Positions 59,655-64,000 of a stretch of 64,000 nt of DNA are shown here, one piece after another; positions within the stretch are counted from its first letter, which is position 1, and every line of letters begins with the position of its first letter. This stretch comes from Mobula hypostoma (lineage: Eukaryota), in assembly GCF_963921235.1 (NCBI RefSeq), contig NC_086101.1:9302001-9366000 (forward strand), read 5' to 3'. Below the pieces are notes generated by a model. The model ran no database searches, was not told the origin of the DNA, and saw nothing but the letters and a program-made list of their open reading frames with translations. A program made the position numbers and the translations under genes.

Positions 59655-61455
59655 TAGAAACAAAAAGACATAGAAAACCTACAGCACAATACAGGCCCTT
59701 TGGCCCACAAAGCTGTGCCGAACATGTCCTTACCTGAGAATTTACCTAGGGTTACCCAAAGCCCTCTATTTTTCTAAGATTCATGTACCTATCCAGGAGG
59801 CTCTTAAACGACCCTATCATATCTGCCTCCACCACCGTTGCTGGCAACCCATTCCACGCACTCACCACACTCTGTGTAAAAAAACTTACTCTTGACATCT
59901 CCTCTGTACCTACTTCCAAGCAGCTTAAAACTGTGCCCTCTTATGTTAGCCATTTCAGCCCTGGGAAAAAGCCTCTGACTATCCACACGATCAATACCTC
60001 TCATCATCTTATGCACCTCTATCAGGTCACTTCTCATCGTCCGTCGCTCCAAGGAAGAAAGGCTAAGTTCACTCAACCTATTCTCATAAGGCATGCTTCC
60101 CAATCCAGGCAGCATCCTTGTGAATATCCTCGCCATCCTTTGCATGGTTTCCACATCCTTCCTGTAGTGAGGTGACCGGAATTGAGTACAGTACTCCAAG
60201 TGGGGTCTGACCAGGGTCCTATATAACTGCAACATTATCTCTTGGCTCCCAAACTCATTACCTCAATTGATGAAGGCCTATGCACTGCCTGCCTTCTTAA
60301 CTACAGAGTCAACCTACGTAGCAGCTTTGAGTGTCCGATGGACTCTGACCCCAAGAACCCTCTGATCCTCCACACTGCCAAGAGTCCAAGTGTCATTAAT
60401 ACTATATTCTGCCATCATAGTTGACCTGTCAGAATGAACCACCTTACAGTTATCTGGGTTGAACTCCATCTGCCTCTTCTCAGCCCAGTTTTGCATCCTA
60501 TCAATTTCCCGCTGTAACCTTTGACAGCCCTCCACACTATCCACAACACCCCAACCTTTGTGTCATCAGCAAATTTACTAACCCATCCCTCCACTTCCTC
60601 CTCCAGGTCATTTATAAAAATCACAAAGAGTAGGGGTCCCAGAACAGATCCCTGAGGCACACCACTGGTCCCCGACCTCCATGCATAATAGGACCAGTCT
60701 ACAACCACTCTTTGCCTTCTGTGGGTAAGCCGGTTCTGGATCCACAAAGCAATGTCCCCTTGGATCCCATGCCTCCTTACTTTCTCAAAAAGCCTTGCAT
60801 GGGGTATCTTGTCAAATGCCTTGCTGAAATCCATATAATTTTCTACCATCATCAATGTGTTTAGTCACATCCTCCAAAATTCCATCAGGCTTGTAAGGCA
60901 CGACCTGCCTTTGACAAAGCCATGCTGACTATTCCTAATCATATTATGCCTCTCCAAATGTTCATAAATCCTGCCCCTCAGGATCTTCTCCTTCAACTTA
61001 CCGACCACTGAAGTAAGACTCACTGGTCTATAATTTCCTGGGCTTTCCCTACTCGCTTTCTTGAATAAGAGAACAACATCCGCAACCCTCCAATCCTCCA
61101 GAAACTCTCCAGAGGTTCAGCAATCTCCTTCCCTCGCTTCCCACAGTAGCCTGGGGTACATCTCGTCTGGTCCCGGTGACTTATCCAACTTGATACTTTC
61201 CAAAACCTCCAGCACATCCTGTTTCTTAATATCTACATGATCAAGCTTTTCAGACCGCTGTAAACCATCCCTACAAACGCCAAGATCCTTTTCCATGGTG
61301 AATACTGAAGCAAAGTATTCATTCAGTACCTCTGCTATCTCGTGTGGTTCCATGTACACTTTTCCACTGTCACACTTGATTGATCCTATTCTCTCACATC
61401 TTATCCTCTTCACATATTTGTAGAATGCCTTGGGATTTTCCTTAATCCTGTCCTA
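59655..61455 (-). mobile_element. CR1 3' 1.8 kb
   Basis: ORFs 61117, 60415, 60314 and 59804. Confidence 0.9.
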
Positions 61456-61599
61456 ACCCTATTTGTTTCCCTGAGAACACCTGTTTCCAATTTATGCTTC
61501 CAAGTTCCTGCCTGATAGCCTCATATTTCCCCTTAGTCCAATTAAATGCTTTCCTAACTTGCCTGTTCCTATCCCTCTCCACTGCTATGGTAAAGGAGA

Positions 61600-62050
61600 T
61601 AGAATTGTGACAGCATCCCTCTTCTCCCCCTTCCCTTCTGAGTCACAGAGGCAGACTCAGTACCAGGGACCCGACCAGTGTGACTTTCCTCTGTTAGGTC
61701 ATCTCCCCCGGACAGTATCCTGTTGTTGGGGGGATGTCCACAGGGGTACTATACACTGGCTCCCTCAACCCTTTCCCCTTCCTGACTGTCACCCAGTTTC
61801 CGTGTCCTGCACCTTGTTGTAATTACCTCCCTGTACGTCCTGTCTCTCATCCCTTCAGCCTCCCGAATGATCCGGAGTTCACCCAGTTCCAGCTACAACT
61901 CCTTAACGTGGTTTGTTAGAAGCTGCAGCTGGATGTACATCTCATAGTTGTAGTCCTCCGGGACACTGGAGGTCTCCCTGCCTTCCCACATCCCACAAGA
62001 GGAGCATTTGTCTATCCTGCCTGGCATCTCTACCGTCCTGGCTGAGCAGA
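61600..62050 (-). mobile_element. CR1 ORF1 5' fragment
   Basis: KCSSCGMWEGRETSSVPEDY...IQLQLL. Confidence 0.75.
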
Positions 62051-62102
62051 TACAAAGAAGAGAAGGAAAAAAAATGTGCTTTTCTTTCCTTTGCTTTCTC
62101 TT

Positions 62103-62356
62103 AACCAGGTGGTGAGTTCGAGCCCCAGCCGAGGCAATGTGTTGTGTCTTAATCACACAGTGCTCTGCGACGACACTGGTGCCAAGCTGTATGAGTCCTA
62201 ATGCCCTTCCCTTGGACAACATCAGTGTCGTGGAGAGGGGAGACTTGCAGCATGGGCAACTGCTGGTCTTCCATACAACCTTGTCCAGGCCTGCGCCCTG
62301 GAGAGTGAAGACTTTCCAGGCGCAGATCCATGGTCTCGCAAGACTAACGGATGCCT
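62103..62356 (+). mobile_element. tRNA-derived SINE
   Basis: B-box GAGTTCGAGCCC and a tail ending GACTAACGGATGCC followed by (TTTA)n. Confidence 0.6.
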
Positions 62357-63599
62357 TTTATTTATTTTTTTCTCCGTGTGAAGCCTTGAAGAGCTGAAGC
62401 CTCAAGATCACCACTCTGACGATGTCCACTCAGACAATGGCTACTGTATTTGCCTGTCTTCCTTTAATTTGTTCTTCCTAATCAATCCCAGATGCCGAGT
62501 GGTCACTGGTTGCCCTGCACCTCCCTTAAAAAACTTTCCCCTCTCACCTTCCCTCTCTGCCTTCTGGTTTTGGACTCCCCCTTTATGGGAAAAAGACCAT
62601 GAGCCTACACCTTACATCTGCCCTTATGATTTTATATACCTCGAAATGGGGTCACCCCTCAACATCCATCGCTCCAGGGAAATGTCCCCAGTTTATCCAG
62701 TATCTCCTTTTAACCCAAGCCCTCTGGCCATTGTTACAGCCTCCTGAAGCTTCCTGACCAGTGTAATGACATCTTCCCGTAGTTGGGGAACCAGAAATGC
62801 TCACAATACTCCAAGTGTGGTCTATGATCAACATCAAAGGCCTTGGTGAAGTTCATGTGGACAATGTCTACCACCTTGTCCTGGTCAGTCCTCTCTGCCA
62901 CCTCTTCAACAAACTGGAATTTGTGAGACGTGATTTTCCATGCACAACGCCATGCTGACTGTCCCTGATCTGTCCTTGTCTTTCCAAATGCAGCAGGCAA
63001 GATGCAGGGAGGATGTTTCCCCTGTCTGAGGAGTCGAGGGTCAGGGGTCACAGTCTCAGGATGGGGTGCACCCTCAGAGGATGGTGTATCTGGAATTCTC
63101 TGCACCGGAGGCTGTGGGGTCTCAGTCTTTCAGTTAATCTAAAGTCACAGAGTCATCATTGTACAGTATTGAAATGGGCCCTTCGGCCCGTCACCTCTGT
63201 TCTGACCTACTTAGGTCAGTCTCCTTCTGTGTCCTGTCCATTAAAGTGTCTGGCTGAGTGTCTCGGAAACACAGTGATTGTATCTGATTCCATCACCTCC
63301 TCTGGCAGCAAGTTCCAACATCAACCACTCACTGTTCCAGTAAACTCACCTTTAAACTCCTTCCTCTCACCTGAGACATGTGACCTCTTGTATTTGATCC
63401 CCCTCCTGTGGGAAGAAGATTTCAACCATCTGCTCAATCTAACCCCTCGTTACCTTAAATGTTTCTGTCAGATCACCCCCCGCCACCAATCCATTTACCT
63501 GCATTTTGCCTGTATTCTGCTAAACCTTCCCTGTCATCATTTCTCAACTCCTCTTCTGTGCCAGTTCCACAGGGCCCTCAATTCTCCCGTGTTACAGAA

Positions 63600-63975
63600 A
63601 ATGATCGACCTCATTTTCTACCACATTACAGAAGCAAATGTGCTGCAGGTCCTAAAATGCATAAAGGTCTATAAATCCCCAGGTCCTGATCAAGTGTATC
63701 CCAGGACATTGTGGGAAGCTCAGGAGGAAAGTATGGAGCCCATTTTGGAGATATGTGTGTCATCGATAGCTGTGGGTGAGGGGCCAGAAGACTGGAGGGA
63801 GACTAATGTTGAACATTTATTGAAGATCGGCTGTAGGGAAAAGCCTGGGAAGTACAGACCAGTGAGCCTAACGTCGGTGGAGGGACCATTAATGGAGGGA
63901 ATTCTGAGAGACAGGATCTACATTCATTTGGAAAGGTGAGGACTAATCAGGGATACCCAGCTTGGTTTTCTGCAT
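63600..63975 (+). mobile_element. old CR1 RT-proximal fragment
   Basis: KSPGPDQVYPRTLWEA...YRPVSLTSV. Confidence 0.8.
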
Positions 63976-64000
63976 GGACAGTACGGTAGCATAGTGGTTA

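Larger units (their letters stand above)
50920..59655 (-). mobile_element. host CR1 split into three pieces (about 50920-51767, 55110-56071, 59420-59655)
   Basis: Sequence is collinear across both gaps: TTCTTTGCC|...|ATTCTCC and CCTCCCTCT|...|TTAAACTTTATGTATC. Confidence 0.8.

Noticed and set aside
63013..63939. 308-aa ORF
   Set aside because: Chance read-through across several CR1 fragments in mixed orientation.

Overview
Vertebrate genomic DNA, most likely from a cartilaginous fish (shark or ray; inferred from the repeat families and the TRIM type). It is dominated by decayed, nested non-LTR retrotransposons: CR1, Rex1/Babar, Penelope-like, L1/Tx1, RTE-derived elements and SINEs. Four things stand out. 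(1) A 4,753-bp Gmr1-like (Ty3/gypsy, integrase-before-RT order) LTR element at 9544-14296, with apparently identical 858-bp LTRs, a GGGC target-site duplication, a tRNA-Pro-like PBS and a PPT. Its single open 921-aa ORF keeps Gag, the zinc knuckle and the protease, but carries only in-frame, catalytically gutted remnants of integrase, RT and RNase H. (2) This element sits inside an array of about 70 copies of a 48-bp minisatellite. The array grew out of a CR1 3' UTR and carries a canonical G-quadruplex motif in its consensus unit. (3) A TRIM (RING/B-box/coiled-coil) gene has five clean coding exons at 39625-45291, but its B30.2 exon is not found in the following 18.7 kb. An orphan, frameshifted SPRY end of another TRIM lies at about 19.8-20.0 kb. 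(4) Weaker signals include decayed minus-strand exon chains at 19-22 kb, degenerate Penelope hammerhead ribozymes, a CpG-rich island and a CTCF motif. Repeat boundaries without a stated TSD are approximate and were judged by eye.
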